This document shows, piece by piece, positions 52,898-62,109 of a stretch of 64,000 bases of DNA; position 1 is the first letter of the stretch; each line of letters starts with the position of its first letter. Made by a program: the position numbers and the translations under genes. The notes under the pieces are model-generated. The model saw only the letters and a list, made by a program, of their open reading frames with translations, did no database searches and was not told the origin of the DNA. The stretch spans positions 14,965-78,964 of the forward strand of contig JACQZV010000025.1 in assembly GCA_016213695.1 (NCBI GenBank), in the 5' to 3' direction. Source of the DNA: Acidobacteriota bacterium. Its GTDB lineage: Bacteria; Acidobacteriota; Vicinamibacteria; Vicinamibacterales; UBA2999.

Positions 52898-55800
52898 CTA
52901 GAACGCATACTTGATCCCGAGCTGCATGATCCGCGGCGCGCCGGTCTGCGTGGTGATGCGCCCGAACGTCCCCGAGTTGAGGTTCGCGGTAACCCCGCCC
53001 GAGTTCTCACTGGCGCCGGGGTCGCCCCAGTTGAACGTGTTGAACAGGTTGAACGCCTCGAGGCGGAACTCCAGCGTCTGCATGCCGCCGACGCCAACCG
53101 TCCGGCCGATCGCCATGTCCACGCTCCAGTAATTGGGCCCCGTGAGCGCGTTCCGTTTCAGGCTGCCGTAGGTCCCCGCTGCCGGCTGGGCAAACGCCGC
53201 GCGGTTGAAATAGTTGTTCAGCGTCCGCGGGCTGGCATACACATCGTCGCTGACCTGGTTCGGCCGCTGCTGCCGGACGCCGGTGAACGCGCGGTCGAGG
53301 CCGCTGATGACGTTGAGGCGTCTGCCGGACCGGACGCTGACGATCCCTGAGGCGCGCCAGCCGGACGCGAGCGCGCGCATCGCCCCGCCGGAAAACTCCG
53401 GCGTTTCCGCCCCGAGCGTGATGCTCGCCAGATGCCGGCGATCCTGATCGCAGTAGCCTCTGTCGAACTCAGGGTCGTCGGGATTCGTGTAGCCGGAATT
53501 GATCTGGCTGAACGTGTTCGGCGTGTCCGTGCCCATGCAGCGCGACAGGGTGTAATTCCCATTCAGGCTGAGGCCGCGCACCGACCGGCGCTGCATCGAC
53601 AGCTTCAGACCGCGGTACTCCTGCCAGCCGATGTCGTCGTTCAGATCCAGCGCCCCGATCAACCGGGCCTCCGTCGGATTCTCCTGGTAGAGCACGCGCC
53701 GGATGTTCAGATTGGCGTTGGTCGAGCACACCGGGTAGGTCACCCCGTTGCGCAGCGTGCAGGGCCCGAGTCCCATGTAGATGCCGGGATTGATCGCGGT
53801 CTGCGCCCACAGCCGGTCGGTGTAGCTGCCGAGATAGCTCACCGCGACGCCCCAGTTGCTGCCGATCTGCCGCTCGAGCGTGACGTTCCAGTTCTGCACG
53901 CGTGGGGAGTTGATATCGGGATTCATCGTGCCGAAGGCGCCGAAGGGCGGATAGGCCGTGTCCCGGTTGGTCACGATCGGGTGAGGGTCGCCGCCCAGAT
54001 GCCCGTAGGGGTCGTCCATCCGGCCCGGGGGATCGGTGATGAGCGACCGGTTGCCGAACGGCGGCGCCGACGAGTTGATCTGGTGATAGTCGGTCGTCAT
54101 GAAGTCGTAGGTAAACGCGTACGACGCCCGCAGCGACATGCGGCCGTCGCCGGTCGCGTCCCACGCGGCGCCGACACGCGGGGAGAAATTCCTCCACTGC
54201 TTGTTCAGCCCCGTCTGTCCCGGCGGAAAACCTGTGTCGCCGGGGTAGAGGAGGCCGGCGGGCGCGTTCACGAAAACGTTGCTCTTGACACCCCGGCGGA
54301 AGTTATCGAGGTTGAAGGTCGAGATCGCGTTGTTTTCCGCCGTCAGCCCGAAGTAGGGCTCCCAGCGCAGGCCGAGGTTGAGCGTCACGCGGTTGGACGC
54401 GCGCCAGGTGTCCTGCGCGTAGAGGCCCATGTACCAGCTGTGCACCGGCAGATCCTGCTGGCGCCCGTGCTCGACGGATGTGACGCGGCCGAGCAGGAGG
54501 TCGGCGAGCCCGAGCCCCGTCGCGCTGCCGTCGACGATCCAGGTGCCGGAGGCCCTGGACGACGACATGTAATGGCCTTGCGCGTACGACACCGTACCGC
54601 CGACACCGAGCTGATGACGGCCGCGAACCAGGGTGACGTCATCGGCCGCCTGGTAGAAGTTGTTCAGGAAGTCTGCCTTCGTCGCGCCTGCCGGCAGCTC
54701 GAAGGCGCCCTCGACGGTGATCGGCATCTGACCCCGGAGGTAGGGGTACAACTTGATCCCCAGGTCGAGGGGATCGAAGGTCGGGTTGTTGAACCGGTTC
54801 ACGTTCGTACGATTGACGGCCACCCGGATCGCGTTCACCGCCGTAGGCCCGAAGACCATGGTGTCGCCGAGGGTCAGCGAGTGGGTGAGATTCTTGAGGC
54901 CGTCGCTGGACGCTTTCAGGACGTTGTCGCCTTCGCCCTGGTAGGCCGGGTCCTGCTTGAAGAACGTCGCCATGTAGCGGCCGAAGATCGAGTGGTTCGA
55001 ACTCTGCTGGTAATCGATCCGTCCGAGGGCCTGGCCTTCATTGCTGTCCTCGGTCGTGCCGTACGTGATCTGGCCGCACGGGTCCGTCGTGCTCGGCAGA
55101 CGTCGCGCCAGGTTCAGCGCGGCGGGGCTGAAGAGCGCCGGATTGATGCGGTTGCCGACGAAGCCGCCGCCGAGGTTGATCTGCCGGCCTCCCGTGCAGG
55201 CGGGCGACGTGACGGCCGTGAAGTCGCCGGCGAGCATGGCCGCCGTCGGCACCCAGGAAATCTGGTCGGCGGGCCGCTGGCGAAGCGTCGTGCCCTGGTA
55301 GGCGCCGAAGAAGAAGAGCCGGTCACGCGCGATCGGTCCGCCGAGGGTGCCGCCGAACTGGTTGCGCACCAGGCCGTCGTCCTGGGGCTTGCCGTCGGGG
55401 CCGATCTCGGCGAACGGGCTGGGCTCGTTGAGCGCGCGGTGGCGGAGGAATTCGAAGGCGCTGCCGCGGAAGCTGTTGGTCCCCGACTTGGTCACCGCAT
55501 TGACCGAGGCGGACCCGTGCACCCCGTTCTGCGCTGACAGACCGCTCGTGGCGACCCGGAACTCCTGGAGCGCGTCGGGAAACGGCATCGGCAGGTTCAT
55601 GTTGCTCTGCGGGTCGTTGTGCGACGCACCGTCGAGCAGGTACGACACGCCGATCGGCAAACCGCCCGCGACCGAGATCCGCACCCCGCCGCGCGTGTAC
55701 CGCGGGTTGACCTCTGTGTCGTTGTTGACCGCGGCGCCGGCCAGCACGATCAGGTCGGTGACCTGACGGCCCTGCAGCGGCAGCTCCAGGATCCGCTCGT

Positions 55801-56218
55801 TGTCGACGACGTCTCCAATGCCGGCGCTCTGCACGTCGACGAGCGGCGTAGCCGCTTCAACCGACACGGTTTCCTCGAGGCTTCCGATCCCCAGCACTAC
55901 GTTGACCACAGGAGTCGCAGCCACCTGCAGGACGATCCCGGTCTGCGAGAACGAGCGGAACCCCTGGAGGGCCGCATCCAGCCGATAGGGCCCCGTGGGC
56001 AGGCTCGGCAACACGTACGTGCCGTTTTCAGCCGTCGTGACGCTGCGCACGAGCCCCGTGTCGGTCTGCGTGGCCGTGACCGTCACGCCGGGGAGCACGG
56101 CGCCGCTTTCGTCGGTGACACGGCCGCTCAACTGGGCGGTGGAGAGCTGTGCCCAGGCCGCCGTGGTGGTGAAAAGCAGCGAGAGGGCGCCAACCAGCAG
56201 GGTCCGGAACAGTGTCAT
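52898..56218 (-). CDS. TonB-dependent receptor with an N-terminal carboxypeptidase-regulatory-like domain
   Basis: 1106 aa with a signal peptide and LSGRVTDESGAVLPGVTVTATQTDTG...GTYVLPSLPTGPY, followed by a plug and a barrel. The C-terminal residue is aromatic (...LGIKYAF). Confidence 0.9.
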   Translation of the reverse strand: MTLFRTLLVGALSLLFTTTAAWAQLSTAQLSGRVTDESGAVLPGVTVTATQTDTGLVRSVTTAENGTYVLPSLPTGPYRLDAALQGFRSFSQTGIVLQVAATPVVNVVLGIGSLEETVSVEAATPLVDVQSAGIGDVVDNERILELPLQGRQVTDLIVLAGAAVNNDTEVNPRYTRGGVRISVAGGLPIGVSYLLDGASHNDPQSNMNLPMPFPDALQEFRVATSGLSAQNGVHGSASVNAVTKSGTNSFRGSAFEFLRHRALNEPSPFAEIGPDGKPQDDGLVRNQFGGTLGGPIARDRLFFFGAYQGTTLRQRPADQISWVPTAAMLAGDFTAVTSPACTGGRQINLGGGFVGNRINPALFSPAALNLARRLPSTTDPCGQITYGTTEDSNEGQALGRIDYQQSSNHSIFGRYMATFFKQDPAYQGEGDNVLKASSDGLKNLTHSLTLGDTMVFGPTAVNAIRVAVNRTNVNRFNNPTFDPLDLGIKLYPYLRGQMPITVEGAFELPAGATKADFLNNFYQAADDVTLVRGRHQLGVGGTVSYAQGHYMSSSRASGTWIVDGSATGLGLADLLLGRVTSVEHGRQQDLPVHSWYMGLYAQDTWRASNRVTLNLGLRWEPYFGLTAENNAISTFNLDNFRRGVKSNVFVNAPAGLLYPGDTGFPPGQTGLNKQWRNFSPRVGAAWDATGDGRMSLRASYAFTYDFMTTDYHQINSSAPPFGNRSLITDPPGRMDDPYGHLGGDPHPIVTNRDTAYPPFGAFGTMNPDINSPRVQNWNVTLERQIGSNWGVAVSYLGSYTDRLWAQTAINPGIYMGLGPCTLRNGVTYPVCSTNANLNIRRVLYQENPTEARLIGALDLNDDIGWQEYRGLKLSMQRRSVRGLSLNGNYTLSRCMGTDTPNTFSQINSGYTNPDDPEFDRGYCDQDRRHLASITLGAETPEFSGGAMRALASGWRASGIVSVRSGRRLNVISGLDRAFTGVRQQRPNQVSDDVYASPRTLNNYFNRAAFAQPAAGTYGSLKRNALTGPNYWSVDMAIGRTVGVGGMQTLEFRLEAFNLFNTFNWGDPGASENSGGVTANLNSGTFGRITTQTGAPRIMQLGIKYAF

Positions 56219-56270
56219 AACCCTTCTCCTTTTTCGGAAAAGCCAGCGGCCGACGACGTGTAAGCCGGGG

Positions 56271-56301
56271 ATATTACCAGAAGACAGGTTCGGGGTCTCA
56301 A
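56271..56301 (-). promoter_or_regulatory. extended -10 promoter candidate (TGgTAATAT) upstream of the TonB-dependent receptor
   Basis: The minus strand reads TTGAGA-19 nt-TAATAT, with TGG immediately 5' of the -10. AGGAGA lies 6 nt before ATG 56218. Confidence 0.4.
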
Positions 56302-56334
56302 GACATGGTGCGGTGGCGAGTGCCGACCGTCACG

Positions 56335-57219
56335 TCACGATCGTTCGAACAGCAGGGCCGAAGGATGCCCCCCTGGCAGTCTTGCGGCGTCGCGGAAATT
56401 GTCCTGATTGTAGGCGCGCTCCAGGAGCGTCCTGAACACCAGTTCGTATCCGTGCTTCGTCATGACGTCGACGATGTCGTTGACGTTGAGAAACCACATG
56501 GGGATCCGCGAGCCGGGCAGCAGCCTCAGCTCCGTCGCGTACGGCCGGAAGTGGCCGCAGGGCACGTTCGTGAGCAGCACGTACCGCGGGCGGTACCCGC
56601 AGAAGGCGCGAAGCGCGCCGGCCCAGTCGTCGAACAGCTCGAGCACGCCCGACGCGTACACGAGATCGACGTCACGAAGATCATCCGGGAGCGACTCGTG
56701 AAAACGAATGCGGGGGTCGTCGCAAAACAGCCGGGCACCTTCCTCGCATGCCCACGGCAATTCGACCGCGTGGTACTCGACGCCGTCGACGGTGCCAAGC
56801 GCCCGCGAGAGGTGTGCGTAACCGGTCCCCGGCCCGCCACCCACAGACAGAATACGCAGCCGGCCTCCGTGTGCGCGTCGAAGGACAGTGGCCAGGAGCC
56901 CCAGCAGCGAGCCGTTCTGATCGGCCACGCCGCCCGGAGGCGTATCGCGCGTCGTGGTCAGGATCGCCTGCGCGTCCTCGACGGCTTCTTTCCGGTACGC
57001 GGCACTGCTCCAGGCGGGTCCCGCGGCCGGCACGTCGTTGAAGTGCGCGTACTCGCCTTCCCAGATACGCTTCAGCCGAATGAGCTTGAGGCGATGACCC
57101 AGGACGAGAAGGCGATTCAGCAGCGCGGGTGGAACAATCTGCCGGGCTGCACCGGCGACAAGCGCTCGCATTGGTATACCGCGCGGTCGAAGATAGTCGC
57201 TGCCTCCCGTCGAGACCAT
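56335..57219 (-). CDS. SAM-dependent methyltransferase (TIGR04325-like)
   Basis: Contains ILSVGGGPGTGY (SAM motif I) and DLVYASGVLELF. ATG at 57219 or at 57171 is possible and neither has a clear SD. The family name is from memory. Confidence 0.7.
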   Translation of the reverse strand: MVSTGGSDYLRPRGIPMRALVAGAARQIVPPALLNRLLVLGHRLKLIRLKRIWEGEYAHFNDVPAAGPAWSSAAYRKEAVEDAQAILTTTRDTPPGGVADQNGSLLGLLATVLRRAHGGRLRILSVGGGPGTGYAHLSRALGTVDGVEYHAVELPWACEEGARLFCDDPRIRFHESLPDDLRDVDLVYASGVLELFDDWAGALRAFCGYRPRYVLLTNVPCGHFRPYATELRLLPGSRIPMWFLNVNDIVDVMTKHGYELVFRTLLERAYNQDNFRDAARLPGGHPSALLFERS

Positions 57220-57314
57220 CCTGTCGGCACAGTAGATCCCGGCAGAAAATCCCCGACAACGTCGCCGGAGCAGCTTCGCGGGTCGTGTGGTTACTCAAGG
57301 GCCTGTGAACGGCA

Positions 57315-58073
57315 CTACAGGTGGTTGATTGAGCTCGCCATGCAGGCGGCGCCGAACCCGTTGTCGATGTTCACCACGGCGATGCCGTTGGCGCAGCTGT
57401 TGAGCATGCCAAGGAGCGCCGCGACGCCGCCGAAGCTGGCGCCGTAGCCGATGCTCGTGGGAACGGCGATGACGGGCACTTTCACGAGGCCCGCGACCAC
57501 GCTCGGGAGGGCTCCTTCCATCCCGGCGACCACGACGATGGCACGCGCCTGCTGCAGGCGCTGGTGTTCGGCGAGCAGCCGGTGCAGGCCGGCCACGCCG
57601 ACGTCGTAGAGGCGATCGATGCGGTTGCCCATGACCACCGCCGTGACCGCCGCTTCTTCCGCGACCGGCAGGTCGGACGTGCCCGCGCAGATGACGAGAA
57701 TCGTCCCGGTGCCCGCCTCGACGCGCCCCTGGGCGAACGTGATCGCCCGCGCGTCGGGGTGATACATGGCGCCAGGGACTGACGCGCGGACGGCGTCGAA
57801 GGCCTCGGGCTGCGCCCGCGTCACGAGCAGCGTCTGCCCGCGCGCCACAATTCTCTCGGCAATCGCGGCGACCTGCGCCGGCGTCTTGCCCAGCCCGAGC
57901 ACGACCTCCGGAAAGCCCTGACGGACCTCGCGATGCGTATCGACGCGCGCAAATCCCAGGTCTTCGAACGGCGCGGCACGCAGCGCCGTGAGAATTGTCG
58001 CGGCGGCGCTCGACGGATCGAGGGCGCCGTGCCGCACGCGATCGAGCAGATCCTGCAGTTCGGAGTCGGTCAT
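57315..58073 (-). CDS. larB: nickel-pincer cofactor biosynthesis protein LarB (AIR-carboxylase-like)
   Basis: 252 aa with DTHREVRQGFPEVV, ICAGTSDLPVAEEA, AGMEGALPSVVAG and VPTSIGYGA. Confidence 0.85.
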   Translation of the reverse strand: MTDSELQDLLDRVRHGALDPSSAAATILTALRAAPFEDLGFARVDTHREVRQGFPEVVLGLGKTPAQVAAIAERIVARGQTLLVTRAQPEAFDAVRASVPGAMYHPDARAITFAQGRVEAGTGTILVICAGTSDLPVAEEAAVTAVVMGNRIDRLYDVGVAGLHRLLAEHQRLQQARAIVVVAGMEGALPSVVAGLVKVPVIAVPTSIGYGASFGGVAALLGMLNSCANGIAVVNIDNGFGAACMASSINHL

Positions 58074-58088
58074 GGGACGTCCCGGCAG

Positions 58089-58094
58089 TATAAT
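58089..58094 (+). promoter_or_regulatory. perfect TATAAT box 33 nt upstream of the GT2 start (no good -35)
   Basis: TATAAT lies at 58089..58094 in the 54-nt larB/GT2 divergent spacer. Confidence 0.3.
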
Positions 58095-58127
58095 CAGAGA
58101 CGTGGCTGCAGTGCGTGCGTCCGGCGT

Positions 58128-59615
58128 ATGACCCTTCTTGAAACGCTCACGTTAGCGGCGTATTTCTTCGTTCTGGTGATTCTCGCGCTGTACGGGTGGC
58201 ACCGGTATTACCTGGTGTACCTGTACATGAAGCATAAGGATCGCCAGCCGCTTCCCGCCGGGTCGTTCGACGCGCTGCCGCTCGTCACCATCCAGCTCCC
58301 GATTTACAACGAGATGTACGTCACGGACCGGCTCATCGACGCCGTCTGCCAGATCGCCTATCCGCGCGAGCGGCTCGAAATCCAGGTTCTGGACGACTCC
58401 ACCGACGAGACGACGAAGATCGCGGAGCGCGCGGTGCGGCGCCACCAGGCGGCGGGCGTCAACATTACGTACCTGCACCGCACCGATCGGCGCGGCTTCA
58501 AGGCCGGGGCGCTCGAAGCGGGGCTGAAAGCCGCCAGCGGCGAGTACATCGCCATCTTCGACGCCGACTTTCTGCCGCCGCGCGACTTTCTCCGCCGGAC
58601 GATCCAGTACTTCACCGACCCGGCGATTGCGATGGTGCAGGCCCGCTGGGGGCACATCAACGAGGACTACTCGCTGCTGACGAAGATTCAGGCGATTCTC
58701 CTCGACGGCCACTTCGTGCTCGAGCACGGCGGCCGCAACCGCTCGGGCTGCTTCTTCAACTTCAACGGCACGGCCGGCATCTGGCGACGCGCCGCCATCG
58801 CCGACGCCGGCGGGTGGCAGCACGACACGCTCACCGAGGACCTCGACCTGAGCTACCGTGCGCAGCTGCGCGGCTGGAAGTTCGTCTTCGTCCACGATCT
58901 GGTCTCGCCGGCCGAAGTGCCCGTGGAGATGAACGCCTTCAAGTCGCAGCAGCACCGCTGGGCGAAGGGGTCGATCCAGACGTGCCGCAAGGTGCTCCCG
59001 CAGATTCTCCGGTCGAACCTGCCGCTCGGCGTGAAGGTGGAGGCGTTCTTCCACCTGACGGCCAACTTCAACTACCTGCTCATGTGCGTGCTCTCGGTGC
59101 TGATGGCGCCGTCGATGGTCATCCGCTACAACATGGGCTGGTACGAGATGCTGCTCATCGACGTGCCGCTCTTTGTCGCGGCCACCGCGTCGGTGGCGAA
59201 CTTCTACATGGTGTGCCAGCGCGAGCTGCACCGCGACTGGACGACGCGGCTCAAGTACCTGCCGTTTCTGATGTCGATCGGCATCGGGCTCACCGTGAAC
59301 AACACCCGCGCGGTCCTCGAGGCGCTGTTCCGGAAGGAAACAGAGTTCACGCGGACGCCGAAGTACCGGATCGAAGCGCAGGCCGACGAGTGGATCGGCA
59401 AGAAGTACCGCCAGAGCGTCATGGTGCAGCCGCTCGTCGAGCTGGCGCTCGGGCTCTACTTCACTGCCACCATCTTCTACGCGCTGGCCAACGGCATCTA
59501 CGGGACGGTGCCGTTCCTGGTGCTCTTCCAGATCGGCTTCCTCTACACGGGCCTCCTCTCCATCGTCCAGCAGTACGCGGGAAGCGACGCCGTGCTGAAG
59601 CCGGTGGAGGAGTGA
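58128..59615 (+). CDS. membrane-embedded processive GT2 glycosyltransferase (cellulose-synthase-like / CslA-type)
   Basis: ATG at 58128 gives MTLLETLTL.... Contains QLPIYNE, VLDDSTD, FDADF, TEDLDLSYR and QQHRWAKG (the QxxRW motif), with TM helices at both ends. Confidence 0.85.
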   Translation: MTLLETLTLAAYFFVLVILALYGWHRYYLVYLYMKHKDRQPLPAGSFDALPLVTIQLPIYNEMYVTDRLIDAVCQIAYPRERLEIQVLDDSTDETTKIAERAVRRHQAAGVNITYLHRTDRRGFKAGALEAGLKAASGEYIAIFDADFLPPRDFLRRTIQYFTDPAIAMVQARWGHINEDYSLLTKIQAILLDGHFVLEHGGRNRSGCFFNFNGTAGIWRRAAIADAGGWQHDTLTEDLDLSYRAQLRGWKFVFVHDLVSPAEVPVEMNAFKSQQHRWAKGSIQTCRKVLPQILRSNLPLGVKVEAFFHLTANFNYLLMCVLSVLMAPSMVIRYNMGWYEMLLIDVPLFVAATASVANFYMVCQRELHRDWTTRLKYLPFLMSIGIGLTVNNTRAVLEALFRKETEFTRTPKYRIEAQADEWIGKKYRQSVMVQPLVELALGLYFTATIFYALANGIYGTVPFLVLFQIGFLYTGLLSIVQQYAGSDAVLKPVEE

Positions 59616-60745
59616 CCGACACGCCCAAAGCCGGACTCGAAGACGTCGTCGCGACTTCGTCCGCCATCTGCTATCTCGACGGCGATCGCGGTGTGCTGGC
59701 GTACTGCGGGTACGACATCCACGATCTCGCCTCGTCCGCCACCTTCGAGGAAGTGTGCTACCTGCTCTGGCATCGGCGGCTGCCGGCGCGCGCGGAGCTG
59801 GGCGACCTGCAGTCGCAGCTCGCGGCGGCGCGGCGGCTGCCCGAGCCGATCGTGCGGCTCATGCGGTCGCTCCCGCCCGTTGACGGCATGGACGCGCTGC
59901 GCACGCTGGCGTCGGCCCTGGGGCTCTACGATCCGGAGGTCGCGGACAGCTCGCCGGCGGCGCAGTACCGCAAGGCCGTGCGGCTGACGGCGCAGATCGG
60001 GTCGGTCGTGGCCGCGTGGGGACGCCTGCGCGCGGGGGGCGGCGTCATCGATCCCGATCCGGTACTGGGCCACGCCGCCAACTTTCTGTACATGCTGACG
60101 GGCGAGCGGCCGCACGCGACGGAGGTGCACGCCTTCGACGTGGCGCTGACGCTGCACGCCGACCACGAGCTGAACGCGTCCACGTTTGCCGGCCGCGTGG
60201 CGGCGGCCACGCTGACTGACATGTATTCGGCAGTGGTGGCGGCGATCGGCGCGCTCAAGGGGCCGCTGCACGGCGGCGCCAACGCGGACGTGATGCGGCT
60301 GCTGCTGGAGCTCGGTCCGACGGCCACGCCCGACCGCGTGGACAGCGTGATCCGGGCGAAGCTGGCGCGGAAGGAAAAGATCCCGGGCTTCGGCCACCGC
60401 GTCTACCGCACCGAGGATCCGCGGGCGACGCACCTGCGGCGGATGTCGCGCGAGCTGGGGAAGCGCGCGGGCCAGCCCGCCTGGTACGACATGTCGGAGC
60501 GCATCGAGGCGCTCGTCAAGAGCGAGAAGAAGCTGAACCCGAACGTCGATTTCTACTCGGCGTCCACCTACTACACGCTCGGCATTCCGATCGAGCTCTA
60601 CACGCCGATCTTCGCGGTCAGCCGCATCTCGGGCTGGACCGCGCACATCCTCGAGCAGTACGCGAACAACCGGCTGATCCGCCCCCGCGCCGACTACACC
60701 GGCCCCGAGTACCCGCAGCGCCTCATCCCGCTCGACCAGCGGTAG
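59612..60745 (+). CDS. citrate synthase (about 377 aa, small type)
   Basis: GTG at 59612 is preceded by GGAGGA and overlaps the GT2 stop (GTGA). Contains GLEDVVATSSAICYLDG, GPLHGGAN, GFGHRVYRTEDPR and DFYS. Confidence 0.9.
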   Translation: MTDTPKAGLEDVVATSSAICYLDGDRGVLAYCGYDIHDLASSATFEEVCYLLWHRRLPARAELGDLQSQLAAARRLPEPIVRLMRSLPPVDGMDALRTLASALGLYDPEVADSSPAAQYRKAVRLTAQIGSVVAAWGRLRAGGGVIDPDPVLGHAANFLYMLTGERPHATEVHAFDVALTLHADHELNASTFAGRVAAATLTDMYSAVVAAIGALKGPLHGGANADVMRLLLELGPTATPDRVDSVIRAKLARKEKIPGFGHRVYRTEDPRATHLRRMSRELGKRAGQPAWYDMSERIEALVKSEKKLNPNVDFYSASTYYTLGIPIELYTPIFAVSRISGWTAHILEQYANNRLIRPRADYTGPEYPQRLIPLDQR

Positions 60746-60796
60746 GCGAAGGACATCAGGCTATCCCGGACGGCGCGGCCAGGCTTCGGCGCCGAT

Positions 60797-61204
60797 TCAG
60801 GCTGGCGTTACGGTCCTGATGCGAGCGCCCACGCGTCTGTGTTGATCGTCGTCCCACGTGGCGAGCGGCATCCCCAGCGCCTGCGCGAGCGCGACGTAGA
60901 GTGCGTCCGCACCGCGGAGCGCCCGGCCGGCCGCCGTCTCCATCGCGAGCGTCCACAGCTCGGCGTCGGGAATCACAATCACCACATTCGGCAGCTGTTC
61001 GATCGCGCGGACGATCTGACGGGCCAACGCGGCGGACCCCGTTCGACGCGCGACCGCACCGGCCGCTTCCAGCAGGCCCAGCGCCGGCGTGACCAGCGTT
61101 TCCCTGGACGACACTTCGGCGAGCCACGACCGCGTCACCTCGTGGTGCCTATCGCCGGGGATCGCGGCGCTCACCCACACGCTCGCGTCGAGGACGATGC
61201 TCAC
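60797..61204 (-). CDS. vapC: PIN-domain toxin VapC
   Basis: 135 aa starting MSIVLDASVWV, with a later ...GADALYVALA. Confidence 0.8.
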   Translation of the reverse strand: MSIVLDASVWVSAAIPGDRHHEVTRSWLAEVSSRETLVTPALGLLEAAGAVARRTGSAALARQIVRAIEQLPNVVIVIPDAELWTLAMETAAGRALRGADALYVALAQALGMPLATWDDDQHRRVGARIRTVTPA

Positions 61205-61458
61205 AGGTCGCGACGCCAGGGGGCGGCGGTCTTCGTCCGGGTCCGGCGGCTCCGGGCGCGCTTGCCGATGTCACGCACGACATCGTTGAAGTGCTTCCAT
61301 GCGGCGACGCCGTGATCGCGACTGGGCGGCTCGGTGGCCGGACTCAGGCGCGCCACGATTTCGCCGCGGTAGGTGATATCCACGGCCTTTCCTGATTCCC
61401 GGACTTCCCGGACCACCTGCGGCGCGCGCCCTTTCAGCTCCCGAATGCCGATCTTCAT
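61201..61458 (-). CDS. type II antitoxin (Phd/YefM-like)
   Basis: 85 aa, MKIGIRELKGRAPQVVREV.... Its stop overlaps the vapC start (GTGA). Confidence 0.65.
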   Translation of the reverse strand: MKIGIRELKGRAPQVVREVRESGKAVDITYRGEIVARLSPATEPPSRDHGVAAWKHFNDVVRDIGKRARSRRTRTKTAAPWRRDL

Positions 61459-61540
61459 GGCGATGCTCCTCATGTGGCTACAATTGTAGCCCCATTCGGT
61501 CGTCCGGCTTCTTCAGCGACGCCGGCCGGTTGAGGCCTGC

Positions 61541-62107
61541 TTACTGGCGTGCGGGATAGTTGCCGAGCCGCCGCCGTTCGCCCGGCGTCCAGCCCGGCTG
61601 CGCCGGAATGAAATTGTCGCGATGCGGCATACGTACTTTCGGGAGCGTCGTGGCGTCGAGGACGTCGGCTTCTCCGACGATCTTGTTCAGATACAGCACG
61701 TAGGCCGTCACCGCGTAGGCCTCGTCCGGCGTGAGCGTGCCGGGCGTCGTCCATGGCATCGCGCGGTTGATGAAGTCCCACACGGTCGTGGCGTAGGGAA
61801 CGAGGCTCTCCTCGAGTTTGACCGGCTTCGCGTTGCCGAGCGGGATGAGCCCGCGATGGAGCGCCGTGCCGGTGCCGTTGGGCCCGTGGCAGGCCGCGCA
61901 TTTCTGCGCGTACACCGCCGCACCGTCCTTCGCGGTGCCCCGGCCCGGCGGCAGTCCGGTGCCGTCAGGCGCGGCCGAGGGGAAGACACCCTTGATCTCC
62001 TCCGGTGTCGGCGGACGGCCAAAGCCGAAGGTCTGCGCGTGCACCACCCACGGGACGCAGGCCAGGATCACAGCTGTGCCGATCAGCCGCAGCTCACGCG
62101 ATCGCAT
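61541..62107 (-). CDS. mono-haem cytochrome c (SorB-like subunit)
   Basis: ATG at 62107. Signal peptide and a CAACHG haem motif. It lies 2 nt downstream of the Mo-enzyme gene. Confidence 0.8.
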   Translation of the reverse strand: MRSRELRLIGTAVILACVPWVVHAQTFGFGRPPTPEEIKGVFPSAAPDGTGLPPGRGTAKDGAAVYAQKCAACHGPNGTGTALHRGLIPLGNAKPVKLEESLVPYATTVWDFINRAMPWTTPGTLTPDEAYAVTAYVLYLNKIVGEADVLDATTLPKVRMPHRDNFIPAQPGWTPGERRRLGNYPARQ

Positions 62108-62109
62108 GA

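Noticed and set aside
60797-61458. The vapBC pair considered as part of a larger defence or mobile island together with the neighbouring sorAB genes.
   Set aside because: It is a standard two-gene type II TA module with a 4-nt overlap. The flanks are ordinary metabolic genes with normal GC content, and no recombinase or repeats are present. It is therefore recorded as a feature only.
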